Assembly (NCBI GenBank): GCA_030691635.1
Contig: JAUYEF010000221.1
Span: 13,929 to 77,928 of the forward strand
From: Bacillota bacterium
Lineage (GTDB): Bacteria; Bacillota; Sulfobacillia; JAUYEF01
Direction of reading: 5' to 3'
DNA: 64,000 nucleotides
Each line of letters starts with the position of its first letter. The first letter of the stretch is position 1. This document shows, piece after piece, positions 37,657 to 46,528 of the stretch. Under the pieces are notes generated by a model. That model saw nothing but the letters and a program-made list of their open reading frames with translations, ran no database searches and was not told where the DNA came from. The position numbers and the translations under genes are program-made.

Positions 37657-39073
37657 CCGCCGGCGCCGCCGGGGGTACGCCCATCGTAGCGCCGGGCGCG
37701 GTGGCCCCGGGCCCCTGCGCGGTGCTCTGCGCAGCCGGGGCCGGCTTCATCTTCTCCTGGATGACGCTCCACAGCCCCGGGTCCTCATATCCCAGGCGCC
37801 AGATGGCGATGCCTCCCAGCTTGTACTTTGACACCAGGTCGATCTTGAACGCCGCGCTCTTCGCGTCTTCGTAGTAAGCTATCCTGCGCTGGCGTCCAGA
37901 CACATAGGTGTAAAACGGGACTCTGGCAACGTCGTCCCATCCGGCCTGTACCTGGCCGGTCTTGACCAGTTCCACCGCCTCATAGGAGCGAACGGACTTG
38001 GAGAGCCGCGAACCGACAGGCCAATCGTAGCCATATGCCGGGAGCCCCATCAGTATCTTGTGCGACGGTATGGCCGAGGTGGCGAACTTGAGCATCATCT
38101 CGACCCATTCCACGCTGGCCACCGGTCCGGGCAGAGCCGTGGACCAGTGCTCGTCATAGGTCATTATCATCACGCGATCGGCGATCTTGCCCAGGGACCA
38201 GTAGTCGAAAGCCGCCGACCAGGAGTTGCTCGGATCTTCCCTTTTCTTGGCCGGCACAGAGATCGTCATCATGAACCCTTCTGGCTTGATCCGCTGCGCC
38301 AGGGCGCCGACGAAGTCCGTGTACATCTGGCGGTCCGCGGGGTCAACGTTTTCGAAGTCTATGTTCACGCCGTAGAACCCGCCGTTTTTGAGTATCTTTG
38401 CTATGTTCTCGATGGTCTTGCCCCTGACGCCGGCGTTTGCCAGCACTGTGTGCACGGTGTTCTTGTCGAACTTGCCCCCGTATATGTTGCTGACAAGCGC
38501 AAGAGGCTTGGCGCCCGTGCTCTTGGCGGCCTCCATGAGCGCGCCGCAGTCGCCCCCGACCACTTCGCCGCTGGGTGTCACTGAATAGATGGCTGCCGCG
38601 ACGCCATCGATGATGCCCTTGCCGTGTTTCTTGAGCGAGTCTCGAGACAGCATGTCAGCCGCGTGGTACTGGCAGTAGTAGGCCACGACCTCGGGTCCCG
38701 TCGCGCTCAACGGTGCGGCGGGCGGAAGTTCTACGGGCGGCGTGCTGGAGGGAGCCGGCGGCATAGTGGAGCCCGGCGCAGGGGAGTTCTTGACGGTAAG
38801 CGCTCGCTGGGTCATGGGGCCCACAACGCCGTCCGCGCGTACGCCGGAGGCGCGCTGGAACCCCACGACGGATGCCCTGGTCATCGACCCGAAATAGCCG
38901 GTGACAGGCCCGGAGTAGAAGCCTGCTTTCGCCAGGGACTGCTGGAGGCTCCTGACCAGAGGGCCTGTGTCGCCCCTCTGAAGCACTGCCGCCTGGACTC
39001 CTGACGGAACGATGAACAGGAGCGCCATCACAGCGGCCACCAGCGAAATGTTGCGCCCACGGGAAAACGACAA
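37628..39073 (-). CDS. secreted GH18 glycoside hydrolase with an N-terminal peptidoglycan-binding domain (YaaH/SleL-like)
   Basis: Signal peptide, then a PG_binding_1 repeat (GDTGPLVRSLQQSLAKAGFYSGPVTGYFGSMTRASVVGFQ), the GH18 catalytic motif YGVNIDFENV, and a Pro/Ala-rich tail. TTG start with a GGAGAGGGGG Shine-Dalgarno region. Confidence 0.75.
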   Translation of the reverse strand: MSFSRGRNISLVAAVMALLFIVPSGVQAAVLQRGDTGPLVRSLQQSLAKAGFYSGPVTGYFGSMTRASVVGFQRASGVRADGVVGPMTQRALTVKNSPAPGSTMPPAPSSTPPVELPPAAPLSATGPEVVAYYCQYHAADMLSRDSLKKHGKGIIDGVAAAIYSVTPSGEVVGGDCGALMEAAKSTGAKPLALVSNIYGGKFDKNTVHTVLANAGVRGKTIENIAKILKNGGFYGVNIDFENVDPADRQMYTDFVGALAQRIKPEGFMMTISVPAKKREDPSNSWSAAFDYWSLGKIADRVMIMTYDEHWSTALPGPVASVEWVEMMLKFATSAIPSHKILMGLPAYGYDWPVGSRLSKSVRSYEAVELVKTGQVQAGWDDVARVPFYTYVSGRQRRIAYYEDAKSAAFKIDLVSKYKLGGIAIWRLGYEDPGLWSVIQEKMKPAPAAQSTAQGPGATAPGATMGVPPAAPAGGTPKPGGR

Positions 39074-39266
39074 GACCCGCCCCCCTCTCCAGCTTGACCT
39101 AATGCTGATTATAATCTCGGCATCTTCCAGCTGTCACTTAACAGGGCGAGCCTCTGAGGCAGGTAGATTCGCTTGAGATGGTACTGGTGTCCAAAAATGT
39201 CACCAGATGCATGTTCTTGACGATTTAGGGGCATCTCAACATGGGAAGTTGCGCCAGGCGCCACTG

Positions 39267-41048
39267 CTAAAGGTCGTCTGACGCCGCCACGTTCTGGTGC
39301 TTGAACTGCATTTCGTACAGCTTCGAGTAGACTCCGCGCTTCTCCAGCAGGTCAAAATGCCGGCCGCGCTCGACGATCCTGCCCAGGTCGAGCACCAGTA
39401 TCTCGTCCGCGCTGCGTATTGTCGAAAGCCTGTGGGCGATGATTATGGACGTGCGCCCTGCGAGCAGTTTCTCGAGACCCCGCTGGATGATGAGCTCGGT
39501 GTAAGCGTCGACACTCGACGTCGCCTCGTCAAGGATGAGAATCCTTGGATCCCTCAAGAGAGCGCGTGCGAAGGCGATCAGCTGCCTTTGCCCGATGGAC
39601 AATCTGGCGCCGCGCTCGTGGACGGGCGTGTCGTACCCCTGCTCCATCTTGAGTATGAACTCGTGCGCCCCCACGCTTGTCGCGGCGGCGATCATCTCCG
39701 CGTCGGTGGCTTCCGGCCTGCCGTACTTGATGTTGTCCCGGACGGTTCCGGAGAACAGGAAAGTGTCCTGCAGCACGATTCCCATCTGGCCCCGCAGCGA
39801 GTTCACGGTCGCTTCACGGATGTCGTGCTCATCAACCAGGATGGCGCCCTTCTGCGGATCGTAGAACCTGCCCAGCAGGTTCGCGATGGAGCTCTTGCCT
39901 GCTCCAGTGGCTCCAACAAGGGCGATCCTCTGGCCCGGCTCAGCTCGGAAACTTATGTCCTCCAGCACAGGGACCTGCGGGTTGTAGCCGAACGTGACAT
40001 CTTTGTACTCGATCAGGCCTTGGATGGCGCCGAGCCCCGTCGCCCCCGGGGCGTCCCGGATCTCCGGGACCTCGTCCATGATGCCGAAGATCTTCTCGCA
40101 GGCGGCCATCGTCGACTGGAGCATGTTGTACACGTGGCTCAGGTCCTGGATGGGCTGGAAGAAACGGCCCAGGTACGAAGAGAACGCCACCAGCACGCCC
40201 ACGGTGATGCGGCCTTCGAGTATGCCGGCGCCAGCGTACCAGAGCACCAGGGCTCCGCCCACAGCCCCCACCATTTCCACAAACGGCGAGAAGACCGAGA
40301 ACAGCCATACGGCCTTCATGTTCGCGTAATAGTTGTCGCGGTTGACCTTATCGAACCGCTTAGCGTTTTCTGCTTCGCGGACGAACGACTGCGTGACCCT
40401 GACGCCCGAGATGCTTTCCTGCAGGTTCGCATACACCTGCGCTATCTTCGCCCGCACCGCATCGTACGCTATACGCACCTTGCCCCGGAATGAGGTCGCC
40501 GCCCAGATGAGCACGGGCATCGTGACGAACGAGATTAGAGCGAGCCGGGCATCCATGAACAGCATCACCGCGACGATGCCCAGAAGGGTGACGACGTCGT
40601 TGATGATGTGCACGAACCCTTCAGAGATGAGCTCCTCCATCGCGTTGACGTCGTTGGTCACGCGCGACATGATGACGCCTGCGGGCCGAGAGTCGAAGAA
40701 CCGGAAACTCAACCTCTGGAGATGGGAGAAGAGCTCCTGTCTTATCTGGTAGATGGCGCGCTGGCCGACCCAGGTCATGAGGTATGTCTGCCAGTATCCG
40801 CAAAACCAGTTTGCGCCCTGGATGGCGACGAACAGCACAGCTATCCTCACGAGGCCGCCCACATCCCGGTTCACGATATGCGTGTCGAGCGCCACTTTGA
40901 TGAGGTACGGGCCCGCGAGCTGCGCGAGAGACGCGCCGAACATGGCGAGGCACGAAAGGGTCACACGGCCCCGGTAAGGGCGCAAGTATGCCATGAGCCG
41001 TCTGAAGAGTGTCGAGTCATACGGTCTCGTGCCGGTGTCGTCCCCCAT
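39267..41048 (-). CDS. ABC exporter, fused permease/ATPase (MdlB/MsbA-like), subunit 2
   Basis: Six-TM domain plus NBD with Walker A GATGAGKSSI, the signature LSIGQRQLIAFARA, and Walker B ILILDEATS. Start set at ATG 41048, downstream of the preceding gene's stop; the track ORF extends to 41141. Confidence 0.85.
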   Translation of the reverse strand: MGDDTGTRPYDSTLFRRLMAYLRPYRGRVTLSCLAMFGASLAQLAGPYLIKVALDTHIVNRDVGGLVRIAVLFVAIQGANWFCGYWQTYLMTWVGQRAIYQIRQELFSHLQRLSFRFFDSRPAGVIMSRVTNDVNAMEELISEGFVHIINDVVTLLGIVAVMLFMDARLALISFVTMPVLIWAATSFRGKVRIAYDAVRAKIAQVYANLQESISGVRVTQSFVREAENAKRFDKVNRDNYYANMKAVWLFSVFSPFVEMVGAVGGALVLWYAGAGILEGRITVGVLVAFSSYLGRFFQPIQDLSHVYNMLQSTMAACEKIFGIMDEVPEIRDAPGATGLGAIQGLIEYKDVTFGYNPQVPVLEDISFRAEPGQRIALVGATGAGKSSIANLLGRFYDPQKGAILVDEHDIREATVNSLRGQMGIVLQDTFLFSGTVRDNIKYGRPEATDAEMIAAATSVGAHEFILKMEQGYDTPVHERGARLSIGQRQLIAFARALLRDPRILILDEATSSVDAYTELIIQRGLEKLLAGRTSIIIAHRLSTIRSADEILVLDLGRIVERGRHFDLLEKRGVYSKLYEMQFKHQNVAASDDL

Positions 41049-41065
41049 GTGGATGTGGAATCCCA

Positions 41066-42862
41066 CTATCTCTCGCCTCCCCTCATCGCGGTCTCTTGTT
41101 CGTCGTCCTGCCCCGCGGCGGCTTTCTGGTCCTCCTGCCACTTGAACTGCAGGTCGTAGATCTCTCGGTAGAACCCGCTGCGGTCCATCAACTCATCATG
41201 GGTCCCGCGGTCCACGATCTTGCCGTCCTGGAGCACAACGATGGCGTCCGCGTTCTTCACGGTAGAGAGCCTCTGGGCGATGACGAATGTCGTGCGGCCC
41301 TTCCGCAAGTCGGCCAGAGCCTGCTGGATGAGGTGCTCCGTCTCCGTGTCCACGCTCGACATGGAATCGTCCAGGATGAGTATCCGCGGATCGGTCAACA
41401 AAGCCCTGGCGATCGCGACACGCTGCTTCTGTCCGCCGGACAGGCCCACGCCGCGCTCGCCGACGACGGTTTGGTACTGGTTTTTCAGCGTCATGATGAA
41501 ATCGTGGATCCTGGCGGCCCTGGCCGCCGACTCGACTTCCTCCAGAGCGGCGTCAGGGCGCCCGTACGCGATGTTCTCATGGATCGATGTGGAGAACAGG
41601 AAGGTCTCCTGAAGCACTACCCCAACCTGGCGTCTGAGGGCGTCAAGGTCCATGCTGCGTATATCGATGCCGTCGATGAGGATCCGGCCTCCGGTCACAT
41701 CGTAAAACCTCGGGATCAGCTGGATGATGGTGCTCTTTCCAGAGCCCGTCGCGCCCAGGAGCGCGACTGTCTGCCCCGGTTCCGCCTCCAGGTCGATGCC
41801 TTCGAGCACGTGCCGCTCGTCCTCTTGCCCGTACGAGAAGCTCACACCCTCAAAGACCACACGGCCTTTGAGCAGGCCCGGGTCTATGGCGCCGGGCGCA
41901 GCCTCGACCGCGGGCCTGGTGTCGAGGATCTCGAACACACGGTCGCCGGAGGCCACCGCACGCTGGAACAAGTTCGCCACCCAGCCGACCATCCGTAGCG
42001 GGACCACAAGCATCATGAGGTAGCTGTTGAACGCGACTAAAGACCCGACCGTGATCTCTCCCCGGATGACCTGCGACCCGCCGTACCACAGGATCATGCT
42101 GGTGCCCAGGGCCGATATGAAGTTCATCATCGGGAAGTAGTAGGCCCACATCCTCATGGCGTACAGCTGGCGCTGGAAGAAGGACCAGTTCACTTCGTGG
42201 AACTTCGCCTTCTCGGCCTCCTCCTGCGCGAAAGCCCTCACCACTCGGACCCCAGTCACGTTCTCCTGGAGGACCGCAGTCATGCGGGCGACTTCTTCCT
42301 GGATGCTCCTGTAAGCCGGGCGGACCTTGGACGAGAACCGGAAGATCACATAGGTCAAGAACGGCAGGGTCGCGAGCGACAGCAGCGTGAGCTTCCAGTC
42401 CAGCCGGAACATCAGCGCAAGTGTCAGGGTGAACGAGCTGACGGCTGAAAGCATGTTGACGATGCCGAAGCCGAGCAGCCTCCGCAAGGTTTCGACATCA
42501 CTCGTCACGCGGGACATGAGCTGGCCGGTCTGGGCGTCGTCATAGTAGCTGAACGACAGCCGCTGCAGGTGGCCGTACAGCACATTCCGCAAGTCGTATA
42601 TCACTTTCTGCGCGGTGGTCTCCATGCTGTATCTCTGTCCGAAGTGAGAGAGGGCGCGCAGCACGGAAATCGCGACTATCAGCGACACATAGGGGAGCAG
42701 CAGCTCATACTTCGACGCGAGCAGCGAGTTGTCGATCAGGAGCCGGACGACCCAGGGTCTGACCGCATTGGCCGATTCGGCCAGCAGCATTGAGGTGATG
42801 CCGACCGCGACTATGGCTTTGTATCCTTTCATGTAAGACAACAGGCGGAGAATCGTCTTCAC
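41066..42862 (-). CDS. ABC exporter, fused permease/ATPase, subunit 1 (probable heterodimer partner)
   Basis: TM domain plus NBD with GATGSGKSTI, LSGGQKQRVAIARA and ILILDDSMS. Start set at GTG 42862 (purine-rich AGGGGAAAGG ending 5 nt upstream); the track ORF extends to 42931. Confidence 0.85.
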   Translation of the reverse strand: MKTILRLLSYMKGYKAIVAVGITSMLLAESANAVRPWVVRLLIDNSLLASKYELLLPYVSLIVAISVLRALSHFGQRYSMETTAQKVIYDLRNVLYGHLQRLSFSYYDDAQTGQLMSRVTSDVETLRRLLGFGIVNMLSAVSSFTLTLALMFRLDWKLTLLSLATLPFLTYVIFRFSSKVRPAYRSIQEEVARMTAVLQENVTGVRVVRAFAQEEAEKAKFHEVNWSFFQRQLYAMRMWAYYFPMMNFISALGTSMILWYGGSQVIRGEITVGSLVAFNSYLMMLVVPLRMVGWVANLFQRAVASGDRVFEILDTRPAVEAAPGAIDPGLLKGRVVFEGVSFSYGQEDERHVLEGIDLEAEPGQTVALLGATGSGKSTIIQLIPRFYDVTGGRILIDGIDIRSMDLDALRRQVGVVLQETFLFSTSIHENIAYGRPDAALEEVESAARAARIHDFIMTLKNQYQTVVGERGVGLSGGQKQRVAIARALLTDPRILILDDSMSSVDTETEHLIQQALADLRKGRTTFVIAQRLSTVKNADAIVVLQDGKIVDRGTHDELMDRSGFYREIYDLQFKWQEDQKAAAGQDDEQETAMRGGER

Positions 42863-42973
42863 TAATGCCTTTCCCCTTGGACCGTCACGAGTGGCTGCCC
42901 AGAAAATGCTTATTCGACAGCGGGCAGTCAACTCCTTCGGGTGCCGAACTTAAGCGCCTCCAGGCTAATCTCA

Positions 42974-43018
42974 GCGCCTTCTGTTTGTGCGCCTTCTGTT
43001 TGTGCGCTTTCCGTCCTC
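42974..43018. repeat. 15-bp tandem repeat (2 perfect copies plus 1 degenerate) in the etfA / ABC-exporter intergenic region
   Basis: GCGCCTTCTGTTTGT GCGCCTTCTGTTTGT GCGCTTTCCGTCCTC, read directly. Confidence 0.8.
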
Positions 43019-43088
43019 GCGAGCTCACTCCTAGAAGAATACCAGTTTTACGGCTGTTTTCCAACACGATGCGCTCCGCGCACGCCGC

Positions 43089-43150
43089 GGTGTTCCACTG
43101 TCGAACGCCGGACCGCTCCGGCGTTCCACCATCGAACGCAAGACCGCATC
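43089..43150. repeat. two tandem copies of a 31-nt unit (24/31 identical); the junction forms a 9-bp inverted repeat
   Basis: GGTGTTCCACTGTCGAACGCCGGACCGCTCC / GGCGTTCCACCATCGAACGCAAGACCGCATC. The hairpin GAACGCCGG-ACCGCT-CCGGCGTTC lies at 43103..43126. Confidence 0.7.
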
Positions 43151-43276
43151 TGCGTCTGCCTGGAGAACGCGAAGCCGCGACTGTGTTCGTGTGTGGCACG
43201 TGCAGTCGCGGCCGCAGATCCATACTTCTTTCCCAACGGTACTAACGATCGCCTCAGATTCTCAGAGGCCGGTACA

Positions 43277-44482
43277 CTAGCCCCGGCTACGTCTGGCCCT
43301 GATCTCGGCGATGAGCGCCGGGACCACTTCGAAGAGGTCGCCGACGATCCCGTATGTCGCGAATTTGAAGATGGGCGCGTCGGCGTCCTTGTTGATCGCC
43401 ACGATGATGTCGGACGAGCTCATCCCCGCGAGGTGCTGGATGCTGCCCGATATGCCTGCGGCGATATAGACCTTGGGCCCGACGGTCTTGCCCGTCTGCC
43501 CGACCTGGATGCTGTAAGGCACCCACCCCGCGTCCACCGCCGCCCTCGATGCCGCGAGGGCGCCACCGAGTTCCCGGGCCAGATCCCTCAGCATGTCGAA
43601 GTTCTTGGGGTTAGCGAGGCCTCGGCCGCCCGAGACTATGATGTCCGCATCCTCGAGGTTCACTGTCTCGGTCTCTTCGATGAACTCGAGCAACTCCGTC
43701 CTCGAAGAGAACGGCCGGCTGACCTCGGGCCGGATGACTTCCCCGGCACGCGACGGGTCCGGTTCAAGCCGTTTCATCACCCTGGGCCGGACAGTGGCCA
43801 TCTGCGGCCGGGCTCTACGCGTCAGGATGGTGGCCATTATGTTGCCGCCGAACGCCGGGCGCGTCTGCTGGAGCAGCCCGTCCTCTGAGATCTCCAGCCC
43901 CGTGCAGTCGGCGGTGAGGCCGGTTTTCAGACGACCCGCCAGTCTGGGAGCCAGAGACCTTCCCTGGGAAGTGGCCCCGAAGAGCACGACCGAAGGCCGG
44001 TGCTCCCTGATCATCTCAGCCATCGCATGTGTGTATGGCTCGTCGCGGAAGTCCTTGAGTTCCGGGTCTTCAACAAGGTAAACCCTATCGGCGCCGGCCG
44101 TGATGAGGTCCTCCGCGAGTCCGGCCACCTCATGTCCCAACAGGACTGCCGCAACCGCGGCGGGGCCGCGGGCCAGCCGCCTCGCAGCGCCCAGAAGTTC
44201 AAAGGACACGCCGGCAGGCTTGCCCCGCCTGTGCTCGGCGTAGACCCATATGTCGTCGGACGCCTCTCCAAGGCTCGGCATCTCACGGGCGGACCCTCCG
44301 GTGCACTGTATCGACATGGCGCCCACAGGACAGGCATCGAGGCAAGCGCTGCAGAGGTTACACCGTTCGTCAACCACCACGCCCTCGTCGCCGGTGGAAA
44401 GCGCGCCAAGAGGGCAGGCACTTACGCATAAACGGCACAAGGTGCAGGCGTGGGTGTCGATGATCAGGCTGGAGGATTTCAC
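43277..44482 (-). CDS. etfA: electron transfer flavoprotein alpha subunit with an N-terminal 2x[4Fe-4S] ferredoxin domain
   Basis: 401-aa ORF. Two CxxCxxCxxxCP motifs (CTLCRLCVSACP, CNLCSACLDACP) are followed by the EtfA fold (YIAAGISGSIQHLAGM...IVAINKDADAPIF). Confidence 0.88.
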   Translation of the reverse strand: MKSSSLIIDTHACTLCRLCVSACPLGALSTGDEGVVVDERCNLCSACLDACPVGAMSIQCTGGSAREMPSLGEASDDIWVYAEHRRGKPAGVSFELLGAARRLARGPAAVAAVLLGHEVAGLAEDLITAGADRVYLVEDPELKDFRDEPYTHAMAEMIREHRPSVVLFGATSQGRSLAPRLAGRLKTGLTADCTGLEISEDGLLQQTRPAFGGNIMATILTRRARPQMATVRPRVMKRLEPDPSRAGEVIRPEVSRPFSSRTELLEFIEETETVNLEDADIIVSGGRGLANPKNFDMLRDLARELGGALAASRAAVDAGWVPYSIQVGQTGKTVGPKVYIAAGISGSIQHLAGMSSSDIIVAINKDADAPIFKFATYGIVGDLFEVVPALIAEIRARRSRG

Positions 44483-45261
44483 CTGATCACCCCCTCAAGT
44501 TTGGACAGCAGGTACTGGGCCGCTTCGCAAGCCGGGATATCCAGCACCTCTCCCCTCTTGCGGATTTCGGGCGAGAATACCCGGACGACTTCGGTGGGTG
44601 ATCCCCCGAGCCCCAGCCGGGCGGTATCGGCGCCGATGTCCTGAGGGCCCCATACGGGGATCCTCGCGCTCTTGGCCTTTATCTTGCCGCGGAGAGACGG
44701 GAGTCTCGGCTCGTTGATCTCCTTGACCACTGTGAACAGGGCCGGAAGCGGGACTCTCACCTTCTCGTATCCACCCTCGACGAGTCTCTCGACAACCGCA
44801 GACCCTCCGTCAAGCGTCATCTTCCTGACGTAGGTGGCGTGCGGTACGTCGAGTTCTTCGGCGACCCCCGGTCCCACCTGCGCGGTATCACCGTCCCAAG
44901 CCTGCTTGCCGCAGAGCACGATATCCGCGCCCAGTTTCTTTATGGCAAGGGACAGAGCGTATGCGGTGGCCAGTGTGTCGCTGCCCGCAAAAGCTCTGTC
45001 CGTCAGCAGGACCGCTTCGTCGGCCCCCACAGCCAGGCACTCCTTCAGGGCCTCTACGGCCTGAGGCGGCCCCATGCTGAGGACCGTCACCTTTCCGCCC
45101 GCTCTCTCCCTTATCCGGATTCCTTCCTCGAGCGCATAGGTATCGAACGGGTTGACTATCGAAGGCACGCCCTCACGCACGAGCGTCTTCGTCTCTGGAT
45201 CGATCTTCACGTCCGTCGTGTCCGGGACCTGTTTGACGCAAACGACTATGTTGTACGGCAA
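44479..45261 (-). CDS. etfB: electron transfer flavoprotein beta subunit
   Basis: 260-aa ORF starting MPYNIVVCVKQVPDTTDVKIDPETKTLVREGVPSIVNPFD. Confidence 0.9.
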   Translation of the reverse strand: MPYNIVVCVKQVPDTTDVKIDPETKTLVREGVPSIVNPFDTYALEEGIRIRERAGGKVTVLSMGPPQAVEALKECLAVGADEAVLLTDRAFAGSDTLATAYALSLAIKKLGADIVLCGKQAWDGDTAQVGPGVAEELDVPHATYVRKMTLDGGSAVVERLVEGGYEKVRVPLPALFTVVKEINEPRLPSLRGKIKAKSARIPVWGPQDIGADTARLGLGGSPTEVVRVFSPEIRKRGEVLDIPACEAAQYLLSKLEGVIR

Positions 45262-45266
45262 TGATG

Positions 45267-46433
45267 CTACTGCCCCCGTTTCCCTTTTCTCGCGCTTTCC
45301 TTCACCAGGGCGCCACCGATAACGTTTCTCTGTATCTGGTTGGTTCCCTCGTATATCTGGGTTATCTTGGCGTCCCGCATGAGCTTCTCGACGGGGTAGT
45401 CGCGCATGTACCCGTACCCTCCGAATACCTGCACAGCGTCGGTCGTCACCTTCATGGCCACGTCCGACGCGAACAACTTACACATGGCGGCTTCTTTCGA
45501 GTACTCCTGGGCGCCCGAATCTATGTGGCGCGTGGTCTGGTAGAGCAGCGCTTTCGCGGCCTCGGTCTGAGTCGCCATGTCGGCAAGCAAGTGCTGGACT
45601 GCCTGGAATGAGGAAATCACCTGGCCGAACTGCCGTCTGGTCCTCGCATACTCGACGCACAGGTCGATGGCGTTCTCACAGATTCCCACCGCCTGCGCGG
45701 CCACGCCCGGCCTGGCTCTGTCGAGGGTCTTCAGGGTGATGAGATAGCCGTGGCCCTCGCGCCCAAGCAGGTTTTCCTTGGGGATCCGGCAGTCCTGGAA
45801 CACGAGTTCGCGCGTGGCCGACGCCCGTATCCCCATCTTTTTTTCCTTCTTACCGAAGGTGAAGCCAGGCGTGCCTCTCTCGACGATGAAGGTGCTGGCC
45901 CCTCTGGCGCCCCGCGATCTGTCTGTGACCGCGACCACAGTGTATATGGGCGCCTCGCCACCGTTCGTTATCCACTGTTTAGTGCCATTGAGGACGTAGA
46001 AGTCGCCATCCTTCGTAGCATGAGTCCTTATCCCTGCCGCGTCACTGCCCGCGTCGGCCTCGGTAAGCGCGAAGGCACACAGGTCGCCCCTGGCGATTCT
46101 CGGCAGGTACCGCGCTTTCTGCTCCTCTGAACCGAACATCACAAGAGGTATGGAACCCAAGAAGCCGGCTGCGTACGTCACCGCCACGGCGGCACAGGCC
46201 CGCGCGAGTTCCTCCACCACTATGCAGGTCTCCGTCACGCCCATGCCCAGACCGCCGTACTGCTCCGGAACAGGAACGGCAAACAGGTCTGACTGCTTCA
46301 GAACCTCGAGTATCTCGTAAGGGAACTCTTCTTCCTCGTCAAGCCTGGCCGCTTCCGGCCGCACCTTTTCCTCCGCGATACGCCGGGCAAGATCCCGGAT
46401 CATCATCTGCTCTTCGTTGAACGCCGGTTCCAA
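45267..46433 (-). CDS. acyl-CoA dehydrogenase (butyryl-CoA dehydrogenase-like)
   Basis: 388-aa ORF with ALTEADAGSDAAG, FGQVISSFQAVQHLLADM and QVFGGYGYMRDYPVEKLMRDAKITQIYEGTNQIQ. TTG start with GGAGG 7 nt upstream. Confidence 0.9.
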   Translation of the reverse strand: MEPAFNEEQMMIRDLARRIAEEKVRPEAARLDEEEEFPYEILEVLKQSDLFAVPVPEQYGGLGMGVTETCIVVEELARACAAVAVTYAAGFLGSIPLVMFGSEEQKARYLPRIARGDLCAFALTEADAGSDAAGIRTHATKDGDFYVLNGTKQWITNGGEAPIYTVVAVTDRSRGARGASTFIVERGTPGFTFGKKEKKMGIRASATRELVFQDCRIPKENLLGREGHGYLITLKTLDRARPGVAAQAVGICENAIDLCVEYARTRRQFGQVISSFQAVQHLLADMATQTEAAKALLYQTTRHIDSGAQEYSKEAAMCKLFASDVAMKVTTDAVQVFGGYGYMRDYPVEKLMRDAKITQIYEGTNQIQRNVIGGALVKESARKGKRGQ

Positions 46434-46528
46434 GGGCGCACCTCCGTCTTAGCGGTTGGTGTTAAGAGCTATAGTTTAACACAGACTGGATGAAACAGCC
46501 AATGCATGAAGAACGGCTTGAGAGCCTA

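Noticed and set aside
42974-43150. Tandem repeats, considered as a CRISPR array (also 55333..55412)
   Set aside because: The units are 15-31 nt and directly abutting, with no unique spacers. There are only 2-5 degenerate copies and no cas genes in the window.
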